Positions 22,662 through 35,326 of a stretch of 64,000 bases of DNA are shown piece after piece. The notes beneath the pieces were generated by a model that saw only the letters and a program-made list of their open reading frames with translations, did not search any database and had not been told where the DNA came from. The stretch's first letter is position 1. Each line of letters starts with the position of its first letter. Origin of the DNA: Heterodontus francisci (Eukaryota). The DNA lies in assembly GCF_036365525.1 (NCBI RefSeq), contig NC_090400.1:30834534-30898533 (forward strand), read 5' to 3'. The translations under genes were made by a program, and so were the position numbers.

Positions 22662-24919
22662 GTAATGTAGGAAACAGGGCAACCAATTTGTGCACAACAA
22701 AGTCTCACAAATAGTAAGGCAATAATAACCCTATAAACTCTTTTAGTGATGTTTGCTAAGAGATTCTGCATTACCAGGGATGTGTGAAATAGCACTACCG
22801 AGCAGGCTGACAGCTCAGAAAGGAGAGGGATTGAAGAACCTACTTGAGCGATGCTGCCTAAGAAACTCAAGGAGCGAGGAAAAAGAAACTGGACTTGATC
22901 AATATCTGAATGCAGGAAGTCCAGGAGTATGTGTGAAAATGCAAAGAAACTCTCAGGAGGAATGAAAGAAATGGCACCAATCAAAGGACTGAGTAGGAAT
23001 GAAAGTGAAGGAATAATCCATATATCAGGAGAGAAGCTCAGCTTGTAAAGAAATGTCAGGGAAGTGGAAGTGTGCAGTGAGGCCAAGAACTAAAGAGTAT
23101 TAAAATTCTTTTTACTCCAACTTTTACCATATCCACATTTACCGTTAGGAATTGCTGGGTAGCGAACTGAGGATGCTGTAAGTGCTGGGTCAGTGATAAT
23201 TGGGGAACATGCAGTTTTCTCTAATTTCATGTCCCAAGCACATCATTAAGACCATTTATGCATATGGATTTTAATATGAACATAACCCAGGCTGATTCAG
23301 TGTGTGACTTCTCCATTGTGGTGATCCACAGAACAATCTTCTACTATAATTAAACTATGCAAGAAATTTTGCCACTAAATGAGTTGTATTTCTTTGCAAA
23401 TTCCTGACAATTAATGTAATTTTATGAAAAACATGACAGTCACTTAACAGGGGTTGATAATTGGCTTTAGAATCAGCCCTGCTTTCAATTGTGAAATATG
23501 ATTATTATATCCAGCTCATATTGCATACATAATCAAAAACTTGATAAATACTTTCTTTATATGTTCAGGTTTTAAAAAAATATTCTGCTGCCACTTACAC
23601 ATAATTTAGACACTTGAGTCAGGAAAACAGCTGCTTCCTGAATAGCAGCATATGGGCTGTTCCAGCATAATCCTGTCATCACCTGCAAACCATTAATCAA
23701 CAAGCATCTGTTTCACTATTTTAATTTACACAAGGTACAAGCTTTCTCTGCATTCACTCTGACCTGCAGCAGCAAGCTACTTTCTTCAGATTTACTGCAT
23801 GCCCTTCAGCTCGGAAGTTTAATTGCAGTAAAATGCCTGCAGCTTTCTTCGATTTCATGTCCCACATATGTAACGAGAATGATTCACTGCAACTAGAAAT
23901 ACCTGGTGTGATCAAAGTTTCAGCTGCATAGCTCACGCTCTTAAGGTAGCACCTGCTATCCTCAGTAGAAACGCATAAATTGTTTATTTTTCCGTCAGTA
24001 GAAAATAACTTCAGATACAATCCCTCTCCCCCCCCCACCATTGCCATTCATGGCCATAGGTGGCCAGGTCCCCCAATCTCAGGCTCTCTGCATGGGTGGT
24101 TTGAAAGTAGCCACATTGAGGTGTGAGTGTGGTCCTGGGTAACTTGGTTTTGGAATTTCTTTTCTCCTCCCTTGTGGGAAACTAAGTTTTGCTCAGCACA
24201 TTTCTGTGAGAAAAGCTAGACATGTATGACTGTTAGTAAGCAACTGAAGGAGAAAGGTTGAACCTTTCCTCTTTGTTGAGCTGAGAGAATGCTAAGTTCC
24301 CTAGCACAGCAAGAAGGAAATGAAGGCAGAAACCATGTTATGTCAGGCCTTCATCCCTACAACCATGACCCAGGATTTCTTGCGTATTCCATGTCTGGCA
24401 TTACTGGGCCTTGCAGCTAGACGCTCAATGGAAGAATGGTGATGATGTGGGATGGGATATTCCCAGCTTCCATCTCACGGTCCTTCTCGATCAATTAGTT
24501 CCTCAAGTGGAAGAGTGCTTTAAAGAAACCTGGAGTTGGGGCGTGACTTAGGAATCCCTCAGACCAGAGGTATGCAGAAGTTCTGGGGGCAGGCCGAAGA
24601 TGGACCTGGGAAAAAAAAGCTAACTTGCACCTTCAGCAGAATTCCCTTTTCCCCACATTCACACTTCTCCCCCTTCCAAAAGTGAACTTCAGGCCTCAGG
24701 GCCTTCTGGCGACTGATCTCCAGCTGCCTCCTTTTTGTGTCCCCAAGCTCACCGCAAAGCACCCTCAGGAAGATAACATATGCTGGGAGTACATCCAACA
24801 CATGCAAATAGCCCTGGGCAGAAAAGTTGAGTGTTCCCTTCCCAGTACACATTACATTTTACCTGAGGTGCACTGTACCAGATGGGGGCCCCAAATAAGA
24901 AAGTCTAGCCTCACTTTCT

Positions 24920-25350
24920 AAAAGGGTTAAATTACAAGGACCAGTTGCATAGATTAGGTTTGTATTCCCTCCAGAATAGAAGATAAGGATCCAATTGAGG
25001 TGATAAAATGTTTAAAGGAGGTAGATAGAGGTAAGGTAGATAGGTAGATAGAGAGAAACTATTTCCTCAGTTGAGGGAGTCAAGAACAAGGGGCATAGCC
25101 TTAAAAATAAAAGTAGGCCTTTCTGGAGTGATGTCAGGAAGTACCTCTACGCACAAAGGCTAGTGGAAATCTGGAGCTTGCCTCATTCAAAAACAGGGTA
25201 GGTCAACTTCAAAACTGAGATTGCTAGATTTTTGTTAGCCAAGGGTAGGAAAGGTTACAGAACCAAGACAGGTAGATGGAGTTAAGATACAGATTAGCCA
25301 TGATCTAATTGAATGGTGGAATATGCTCGAGGGGCTGAATGGCCTACACA
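24920..25350 (+). mobile_element. CR1 3' fragment
   Basis: GGGTTAAATTACAAGGACCAGTTGCATAGA...GATTAGCCATGATCTAATTGAATGG...GGGGCTGAATGGCCTAC. Confidence 0.85.
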
Positions 25351-26127
25351 TGTTGCTTTGCCCGTAGATGCTGGTGGATTAGTGGGTTTCAGTTTCTATT
25401 TCAGATTTCCAGTACTTGCAATTTTTTCTTTGACCTTTATATTTTCCTGCGATAGCACAGTCAAGATCCAGAATTTGCTACATTGGGAATCATTTGTGTG
25501 AGCATGCATCTTTCTCATCTGTAGTATAATATTAGTATATCAAAGTATTGCACACATAGCCTGCATAGGTTGTCTTAGTTGTTTTGGTGTGAATATTCAT
25601 CAAAATAAAAGTTCAAATGTGAATGCATATTTGAATCAAAAATGCTGCCTTAGGGGAGAATCAACTCTCCTAGTAGTTTAGTGCTAAAATGATGTTAATG
25701 ACACGAGTTTTCAAGAGCAGAAGGCTCAACCAGTTTTATAATTATAGTAAAAGCACTTAAGACAACTTGGTTCCCAGTTTCAACCAGCAATGTGATTTGT
25801 GAAGGCAGAGTGGGATTCCATAAAGGAGTTCTCATGACTGAGGTGGGTAGGTCTCTATTTATTAAACAGCACTTACACTGTACACCTGCACAGGCACTGT
25901 TAAGAGCTATAAATAATTGTGGCCCAGTACAAGTGCTGTCCGAGTTTAAAGTAACAACGGCTTCCCCCAGCTCAGTGTTTATTTTTAAAACCTGTCTGGA
26001 GGGTGGAAGGGGAAATCAATGAAAGTTTATCACTTGACCATGTAGAGTGTTTTCTTTTGCTTCAGATGGAGGGGCAGTCTCAGAGAGATGCAGAGAATTA
26101 TTAACATATGTGCTATAAAAACATTTT

Positions 26128-27047
26128 AGGGTCCAAAATTCTTACTGTGGGTGGAGGTGCAGAGCAGCAGATTGCCCCGAGTGGGATGAAGAGAAAACAG
26201 GAATTTGGAGCTGAAGCTTTTTCCATGGGAGTTCTGCTGCATTTTCCCTCCATCCCAAATTCTGTTTGGAAGTGCAGATAAGTCTTCCATTCACTCCCCA
26301 ACGGGGCTTACACTATCCTGCATAGGTCCCGTCCTGGGCCTCAGATGGGCCAAAGATTACTCTGATAGGTAATCTATCATAGAGGACAGCTCAATTACAT
26401 TTTAAAAAGATGCCCATTTATGCCATTTGAAGCAGTGGAAAATGTTCATTTTTTCAGCCTTTCCTCCACTTCAAAGACCCTCCCCCCACCCCCCGCAGGA
26501 AAGTACCAAACTGGGCAACCTGAATATGAGATAAAGAAGGCGCGTGAGTGCTGCCTGTTGCACTGAAGATCCGCAACTGCAGGTAAGATAGCTCTGATTT
26601 TCATTTTAATTTATGCAAAGACGTAATTTAAATATGTAAAGTCAGGTCCCGCCGCAGAGCGATGGAGGGCCCGCCATGGAGCATCCCTGCTGCCAAGAAG
26701 ATCGGGCCCAGCAATCCCAGCATCGGGTTCCGTGGCGGCTGCTGCCGCTCCAATCTTCTGCCCCACCCCCCCAGCCCCCACCACGGAGCCCCAAGTCAGG
26801 AGGAGAACAAAATCCAGCCTGTATACTTTTGAGAATGGATTTTCCCACAGAGATCAGCACTCGGAATTACTGGATCTCCTGATCTCCCAGTGTAACCTCA
26901 GTGGAAGATCAGCAGTAATCTTGCAGGAACAGTGTAAACTGTTTTACGCTGTTTCTCCAGCATTTTTAACCAATCTCCTGCTGAGCTCATATGAGAAATG
27001 AGGAGAAGCTCCCCCCCACCCCCGCCCCGGACGAGGAAATTCTACTC
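26128..27047. mobile_element. Cluster of degenerate Harbinger-type MITE pieces
   Basis: GC-rich segments ending in TIR-like AAAATCCAGCC (~26819), plus a ~215-bp unit bounded by GAATGGATTTTCC / GGAAATTCTACTC. TSDs not resolved. Confidence 0.45.
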
Positions 27048-29406
27048 AAGGACTTCATGAAATGTGATGCATTTTGAAGTGGAATGTGGTGACCCACCCA
27101 GCGATGTTAATATATGATCAATTGTTTTTTAATCCTCCAATCAGTTCTGCGTGACCTTGAGTACAGAAACTAAAAGAGGTCAAGCATTGAACCTAAAGTG
27201 CACAAAACAATAAATTAGTCACTAATTGATTTACCACTCTTTCATTTGCTTGAAGACTTGTATTTGCAATCCAGCAGTTGTGCTCAGTCAGATGTGTTTG
27301 AAGTCAATAGGCCTTGTCAAGCGGAATTATGCAAGCAAGGCCGATGTACTCTCTGAAGTGCTTGCAACACAAACTTTGAGAGTAATGTTGTTGCTATACA
27401 GGCGAATGATTGCAGCCCAATGATTAAAGTTCTTTTGACACTGGCGCTTGTTCAAGTCAGATCCTGGGAGACTGGCATTGATGAGCCACCTTCAAGTGTT
27501 TGCAGAACGAAATCCAAGACCCTGATCCCAGCAGCAGAATTTACTGCCAACAAAAATCTGGATCTAAATTTGCTTTTGAGCTGCTTTTATATTGGTTTCT
27601 TTACCATGTTAACACCATATTGAATATGCTGGATCTCAATGTGCAATGTCTGTTTGTTGTTGAAATGAATGAACTGCTAATGAATTTGCAGGTATGAATG
27701 TGTGATTCCTGATATGATTCTTCTTTTAACGATCTGTAAAAAAACCTTTTAGCACAACACAATCTTCAAAGGCTGGAGAATTTGTTAGTCGAGTTGGGGA
27801 CTGCACACTGCACAGTGGCTGGAATAGCAAAGAAAATTCTAGTTTACCTGCAAGGTACTGCATAAGATGGAAGCCAATGGAAATGAAAATTGGTAAAGAT
27901 GTACAATGGGCAGCTGAATCATTTAACACTAATGCCCAAAGTCAAAATTACCAGTATTTTGACAACTTATATTAACATAATGCTCATTGTCTGTAAAGAT
28001 ATTTTGTGTACTTTACAGGGCAGTAAATGGAAATGGAAAGAAGGATGAAGCAAAAGCACAGTTGAAGAGGAGAGTCTTGAGGAGGTTATTGAAAGCAGTG
28101 CTACATTCCCCTTTGTCTTTCACACAAACCAACCTTCTCATGCAGTGCATTACTTACTCAGAAACAGTGACAGAAATTTGCACACAGCAAACAGCTTTGA
28201 AAACATGAGCTGCTGCATTGAAACTGATGATCAAGAAGAGCAGAAGCCACAAGCAGTGGTCTAGACATTTTGCGTGAAGCCAGAGTGCATTCAAGCAAAT
28301 GAAAAATTGAAGTTCTTCTGGCTTGACTACTCTGCGACTGAGAAAACTGACTGCTGCACTCGAGCAACAATTTTGGAGGGGGGTCTGAAACTAGTGTTAG
28401 ACCCCTGATTTGTAATGGGCCTAAAACCTATTTCAGGTGGGTGCTCTGGATGACAAGGCTCCCTGAGCAATATGACAAGCAGGGCATCCCAGGCACAGAA
28501 TGAGTACGCCACACACCATATTAGGCCCTTCAGTCCCAGTGCTGTATGATCCAATTTCTATACCCTTGTCTAATCAGTGACACGCCGAAGATGTCCCACT
28601 CCATCACTAATGGTTTTGATGCTGTGAATTTTCATGAATCTTACCATGACAGGATTTGCTTCGACATAAAATAAAGCTGATTGCTGAAAGCAATTCTGAA
28701 GTGAAATTTCATGATAATCCCTGTTTCGGAGTTCATTATAAGGCTCAGTATGTGAACCCATATCAATTGATATACTAATTTGCATACATAAAGGCAGAAA
28801 ACGGTTCACAAATCAATTTTAATGTATTTGAACAGACAATCTTTAGTACTGCAAGACACAAGTACAGTGCTTTCTCTTTTTTAATGAGTGCAGAAGATGA
28901 TGTTCTTTCATTCAACTCTTTAGTTCCTCAGTAACAGTGACAAGTGATTTTCTTCAAATACTGTTCATATTCATAATAACATTGAGGTTGTTATTTGCTA
29001 ACAGCTACCCATATAAAGCGATTTGAAAATGGTTCACATTGTTGTAAGGGTATTTGTGACTTGCAAATATATCCTCCACCAGCCTGGTGGTCGTGGGGCA
29101 ATTGTTAAATTTCCTGTCCAACCACTCCAGAAAATAATTATAAGAATATCAGAAACACTGTGTACTCTCATCCTCTCCTTAAAAATTGCCCCAAGAAGAA
29201 AAGACATGACAAGGATGGAAGGGAACACGTTTGCAAGTCACAAATGGCCTTGCAGCATTAGGAACTATTTGAAAATTACTTGCTAATTCACTAAGCAAAT
29301 AACACTTTTACCATGTTATTGTGGACAGGAACATATTGAACAAGATTTAACAAGCCTCTTTTCCCCTATACCAATATAGCTGATATGTAACCTCCAGAAG
29401 GTATTC

Positions 29407-32400
29407 ATGTATGTCTGTGCAAGATTGTGTGGAAGCTGCTTTGATGCCTTCATTTTGCACCAGTCATTCTCCTGCAGATCTTTACATATCCAAACAGAGT
29501 CAGATGATGGCTCCTTGGAGACAAGGCCTGCCCTCTAAACAAGACTGATAACATCTGCGAGGAATACCACAACTGGTGAACAAGAAAGGTAGAACCAAAG
29601 CCACATGGGCAGAAGAGTGGTCATTGAGTTTGTGAAGATACTATTCAGGTGCATAGATAGATCTGGGGATGAACGTACGAATTAGGAGCAGGAGTAGGTC
29701 ACTCAGCCCCTCAAGCCTGCTTCGCTATTCAGCAAGATCATGGCTGATTTGACTGTAATCTCAACTCCACATTCCTGCCTAACCCCAATAACCTTTCACA
29801 CCCTTGCTTATCAAGAATCTATCTACCTCTGCCTTAAAAATATTCAAAGACTCTGCTTCCACTGCCTTTTGAGGAAGAGAGTTCCAAAGACTCACGACCC
29901 TCCGAGAGAAATAATTTCTGCTCATCTCTGTCTTAAATGGGTGACCCCTTATTTTTAAACAGTGACCCCTAGTTCTAGATTCTCCCACAAGAGGAAACAT
30001 CCTTTCCGCATCCACTCTGTCAAGACCCCTCAGGATCTTATATGTTTCAATCAAGTCGCCTCTTGCTCTTCTAAATTCCAACAGATACAAGCCTAGCCTG
30101 TCCCATCTTTCCTCATAGGACAACCTGCCCATTCCAGGTAATAGTCTAGTAAACCTTCTCTGAACTGCTAGCAATGCATTTACATTCTTCCTTAAATAAG
30201 GAGACCAATACTGTATACAGGACTCCAGATGCGGTCTCACCAATGCCCTGTATAAGTGCAGCATAACCTCCCTCCTTTTGTATTCAATTTCCCTCACAAT
30301 AAACAATAACATTCTATTAGCTTCATAATTACGTGCTGTACATGCATACTAACCTTTTGCAATTCATGCACTAGGACACTCAGATCCCTTTGCATCTTAG
30401 CACTGCAATCTCTCACCATTCAGATAATATGGTTCTTTTTTATTCTTCCTGCCAAAGTGGTCAATTTCCCACTTTCCCACATTATACTCCATTTTCCAGG
30501 TCTTTGCCCACTCACTTAACCTATCTATATCCCTTTGTAGCCTCCTTATGTCCTCTTCACAACTTACTTTCCTACCTATCTTTGTGTCATCAGCAAATTT
30601 AGCAAACATACCTTTGGTCTCTTCATACAAGTCATTTATATAAATTGTAAAACATGAGGCACCAGCACTGAACCTTGTGGCACACCACTCGTTACATCTT
30701 GCCAACCAGAAAGTGACTCATTTATGTCTACTCGCCATTTCCTATTAGCTCGCCAATCTTCTATCCATGCCAAAATGTTACCCCCAACACCATGAGCATT
30801 TATATTCCACAATAACCTTTGATGTGGCACCTTATCAAATGCCTTCTGGGAGTACAAATACAATCCATCCACCAGTTCCCCTTTATCCACAGCACATGTT
30901 ACTTCTTCAAACAACTCCAATAAATTGGTTAAACATGATTTTCCTTTCACAAAACCATGTTGACTCCACCTGATTACCTTTAATTTTTCTAAGTTCCCTT
31001 CTGTAACGCCTTTGACAATAGCTTTAAACATTTTCCCTGTGACAGATGTTAAGCTAACATCTGTAGGCCTGTAGTTTCCTATTTTCTGGCTCCCTCTCTT
31101 TTTGAATAAAGGAGTTACATTTGCTATTTTCCAATCTACTGGAACCTTTCCCGAATCTAGAGAATTTTGGAAAATTATCAACTATCTCACTAGCCACTTC
31201 TTTTAAGACCCTAGGATGAAGTCCATCAGGACCTCGGGACTTGTCAGCCCGCAGTTCCAAAACTTTGCTCAGTACCACTTCCCTGGTGATTCTAATTTTC
31301 TAGAGATCCTCCCTCCCTTCCATTTCCTGATTTACAGCTATTTCTGGGATGTTGCTTGTATCCTCTATAGTGAAGCAAAATACCTGTTCAATTCATCTGC
31401 CATCTCCTTATTTTACATTATTAATTCCCCAAACTCACTTTCTATAGAACGGACGCTCACTTTGTTAACTCTTGTCTTTTAAAAATATCTATAGAAACTC
31501 TTGCTATCCATTTTTATATTTCTAGTACTCTAATTTTTCCTTCCTTATTAATCTTTTCGGCATTCTCTGCTGTTTTTTATATTCTGTCCAACCTTCTGAC
31601 CTGCCACCCATCTTTGTGCAATTATATGCTTTTTCTTTACGTTTGATACTATATCTAACTTTTTCAGTTAACCATGGGTGGTGGATCCCCTCCTTGGAAA
31701 TTTTCTTTCTGTTTGGAATTTATCTATTTTGTGTATTCTGAAATATCCCCTTAAATATCTGCCACTGCAGCTCTATTGGCCTATTCCTTAACCTATTTTG
31801 CTAGTTCACTTTAGCTAGCTCTGCTTTCATACCCTCATAACGTGCTGTTCTAAGAAACCATCTCAAAAACTTTGAAGTCCTCATCTAGGCTACCTTTGCC
31901 CATATGATTTTTCTAGTCTATATGTAGAGTAAAATCCTCCATGATTATCACGTGACCTTTCTGACAAGCTCCCATTATTTCTTCCTTTAACCCCATCCTA
32001 CCGTGGGTTATTGTTAGGGGGCCTGTGCACCACTCCCGCAAGTGACTTCTTACCTTTATCATTTCTCATCTCTACCCAAACTGCTTCTACATCCTGGTTT
32101 CCTGAACTTAGGTCATCCCTCTCTATTGCGCAATTAACAGAGACACTCCTCCACCTTTTCCTAGCTTCCTGTCCTTCCTAAATATAATGTCCCTTCAATA
32201 TTCAGGTCCCAATCTATGTCATCCCACAGCCATGTCTCTGTATTGGCCATCAGATTGTACTTATTTACTTCTATCCATTAAAAAAAAAAGTCAGAACCCG
32301 CCGGAAAACCCCGAGCTTGTTGGGAAATGGCAGTTCCCAATGTTAGCAGCTGTCGGCTCTGAAACGGACAATGATGTTTTTTTTTTAAAAGAAAGAACTG

Positions 32401-33450
32401 ACCTTTAAAAGAACGTTAAAAGAATGTTCCATTTTCTGCAATCTGTGAAACTGATAGCACAATAGCTTAAAAGCCAGTTTCGACAAAGGGAAATTTTTCA
32501 TCTCCAGTCATGGTGAGGATGAGGAACAGCCCCAGGAACAGTTTACACCAACGGGCCAGATCCTGGCCTGTGGGCCGTATGTTGGACAACCTTGCTCTAG
32601 CCTTTTCTGCCGATTTACTCTTAGATTTGTACTCTCTGTCCCTTCCTGTCACAGTCTGTTTAACATTTCCCATATTAATATCTTTCTCTCTTGCCTTGTC
32701 TCTACCTTTTGATTTCTCACATCTTCCCAAATTTGATCCCTTGCCCCTACTATTTAGTTTAAAACCCTCTCTACTTCCCTAGTTATGTGACTCACTGGAA
32801 CACTGGTCCCAGCACAGTTCAGATGTAAATCATCCCAACAGTACAGCCCCCACTTTCCCCAATACTGGTGCCAGTGCCCCATGAACCAGATCCCACTTCT
32901 ACCACACCAGTCTTTGAGCCATACATTCATTTCTCTAAACTTATTTGCCCTACTCCAATTTGCACATGGCTCAGGTAATAATCCACAGATTATTACCTTT
33001 GAGGTTCTGCTTCTTAATTTGGTGCCTAGTTCCTCATACTATGTAGAACTTCTTTCCTTGTTCTGCCCATGTTGTTGATACCTGCATGGACCACGATGAC
33101 TGGATCTTCCCCCTCCCACTGTAAGTTCCTCTTCGGTCCTGAGCATATGTCCCGAACCCTGGCACTAGGCAAGCAACACAGCCTTCTGGACACGCGCTCA
33201 TGGCTGCAGAGAACTGTGTCTATCCCCTTCAGTATGCAGCATCAAGGGTGTTCCAAAAGGTAGTGGTCTACCGTGCCTTTCACAACATAGTATAGCAGAG
33301 AGGACTGGAGCTGCAGGAAGATGAAGGTGATGACCACGCTACATCTGAGGAGGAACAGGAGAAGGAGCCTGATGTGGCCAGGTTCCCAGCAGCTGCTCAC
33401 CTAGCTGTTAGAGATGCCCGCAATGGACTCATACAGGTATGATTCACCTA
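29407..33450 (+). pseudogene. Harbinger DDE transposase (HARBI1-like) C-terminal half, in two pieces: 29407-29670 and 33224-33450
   Basis: MYVCARLCGSCFDAFILHQS...WLLGDKACPL...KILFRCIDRSG | PLQYAASRVFQKVVVYRAFHNIV*QRGLELQEDE...RDARNGLIQ matches the family motifs GSxHD, WLLGDxGYPL, RFRCLDRSGG-LQY and LHN. Stops and frameshifts present. Confidence 0.85.
29671..33226 (-). mobile_element. Long CR1 LINE (part of ORF1 esterase, endonuclease, RT, tail)
   Basis: ORFs 29779-30312, 30397-30705 (YINDL..KFADDTK), 30636-31181 and 31054-31278. ORF1 CLPSARVRD-like remnant near 33150. A MITE-like piece (~32280-32568, ending AGATCCTGGCC) interrupts it. Confidence 0.95.
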
Positions 33451-34123
33451 ACCTGAGGCTGTGAAGCCATATGGCATACCAGTGCTGATCCCATGGCAAG
33501 TGCCTTCCCGCCGAACCACCTCCACCGCAAAACATGAGGCACTCCCATAGTCCCTGCTAGCCAGGAGCCGGGGAGCAATTTGCTGCAGTTCACTGAGGTG
33601 CTGTATTGTCAAAGCAAGACTTTCCTCCTTCCTATTTAAACTGGCAGATGGAGCATGCAGGCCATTGTTGAGGGCCAGCGTACACTTGGTTGCCTATCGC
33701 ATTTGATATTCCATGCAGGTGGTCATCTCACTGGAGATGGAAATCAGCACAGAGACCTGAGACACCATGGCACTTGTGCTGGAAATAAATTCCTCCAATT
33801 TCTCTCCAATGGTGAATAGTGCCTCTGGAAATGCTGACAGAACCTCACATTTTCTGCTGCTGCTGGTCTAGAATTGTTCCTTTCGTGGATGACCCCCAAG
33901 GCTCAGCATCTGCATCTAGCTGAACAGAGCTTGGAGTGCCCTATGCCCTTTGACTGGGACTCTCCCCTGCTGTCCCTGTTTTCGGCACCTGCTCACTTGT
34001 GATATGTGGCTCACCATGTGACAACGTACCTACCTGCCTTGGTCGGCCCACTGAGGTATGTGCATCCGAGCTAGTGGAGGTTGTGTATGAGTCATGTGAC
34101 AGTGCTTCCTCAGAGTCTGACTT

Positions 34124-35326
34124 CCTCTGAGGACTCCCTGGCCTCCTCCCACACCAGCTGCCGAGTCAGGCTTGAAGGATCTTTGGGAGAGGAAAGACAT
34201 GAATTAGAACGGACAAGGGGAAAGGGTTCAAAGTCATCATTGTGCAGATCATCATACTTCAGTTAGTGGTGACATCAATTCCACATGAGTGACTGTTGTG
34301 TACTAAGTGGTTGCATGATATTTAATTCTGTCACCAGCTATCTGGGTGACCCCCATCTGTCCATCTCCAATGGCCATGGATTCCAACACTGCTGATCTCC
34401 ATCACCTACTCCTCCACAGCAGGCTATTACTCAAGAGCAACCTCCAGCTCTCTACGACTCCTGGAGGTTCTGTGCTCTCTTCTCCTGCAAGAAAGCAGAG
34501 AGCTATGAGTGTGAGAAATGAAATGATTTGAGAGGATCGAATGACAACATTTGTGGACTGTGACTGAGGGATGGATGTGAGATAGCAATAAAGGTGAAGG
34601 TGAGCGTTCAGATGCGGATGCGTGGAGGTGCCTCAAGAAAGTGTGTTGGTCTGAGGAGTGCTGTACAGGAGAAAGCTGTGGTGTCAGAGTAGGGGGGTTG
34701 GCACTTAAATGTGGGATGCCACTCATCTTTCCTGCGCAGATGAGGTCATTGAACCTCTTGTGGCACTGTAACCATGTGTGAGCCACCATGCTTCTGCTGC
34801 TGATCTTCTGAGCCACTTCTGGCCATACCTGCTTGCTTTCAGAGGCTGGCCTCTTCTTCCCATCCAGTGGGAAGTGTATTTCTTTGCATACCTGCAGCAT
34901 TACCTCCAGGGATGCCTCGAGAACCAGACAGCAGCCTTCCCATGTTGAGACACCATCATTGCCCCTGCTCTCTCTGTCCTGATGGAGCATCAGGGATTAG
35001 TAGAGAGCTGGAGGTTACTCTTCAGTAATAGCCATCCTGATTGCTGCAGAGGAGTAGGTGATGAAGATCGGCAGTGTTGGAATCCAAATGAGATGGACAA
35101 TGGGGATCTCCCAGATACCTGGTGACAGAATTAGATATTACACAGCCACTTAGTACAAGTAACTCATGTGGAATTGATGTCACCATTAACTGAAATATGA
35201 TGATCTGCACAATGATAACTTTGAACCCTTTCCCCTTGTCAGTTCTAATTCACATCTTTCCTCTTCCAAAGATCCTTCAAGTATGACTCGGCAGCTGGTG
35301 TGGGAGGAGCCAAGAAGCCCTCAGAG
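34124..35326. repeat. Inverted duplication (~330-bp arms: 34124-34455 and 34999-35326)
   Basis: GTAGAGAGCTGGAGGTT...CTCATGTGGAATTGATGTCACCA...TTTGAACCCTTTCCCCTTGTC...CAAAGATCCTTCAAG...GACTCGGCAGCTGGTGTGGGAGGAG occurs on + at 35.0-35.3 kb and on - at 34.1-34.45 kb. Confidence 0.9.
34726..34990 (-). pseudogene. Harbinger Myb/SANT-like DNA-binding protein, first exon remnant
   Basis: ASLEVMLQVCKEIHFPLDGKKRPASESKQVWPEVAQKISSRSMVAHTWLQCHKRFNDL has the W...V.....R/H.W.QC.KR(W/F)NDL pattern. The likely donor is mutated (AAG|ATGAGT); acceptor TTGCAG at ~34485-34490. Confidence 0.8.

Noticed and set aside
23754-24047. 97-aa minus-strand ORF with possible splice sites
   Set aside because: No recognisable protein motif and weak splice signals; consistent with a chance ORF.
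34427-34990. 187-aa Myb ORF as an intact MSANTD/NAIF1-like host gene
   Set aside because: It reads into the apparent intron through a mutated donor, downstream exons have stops, and it sits inside a decayed Harbinger.
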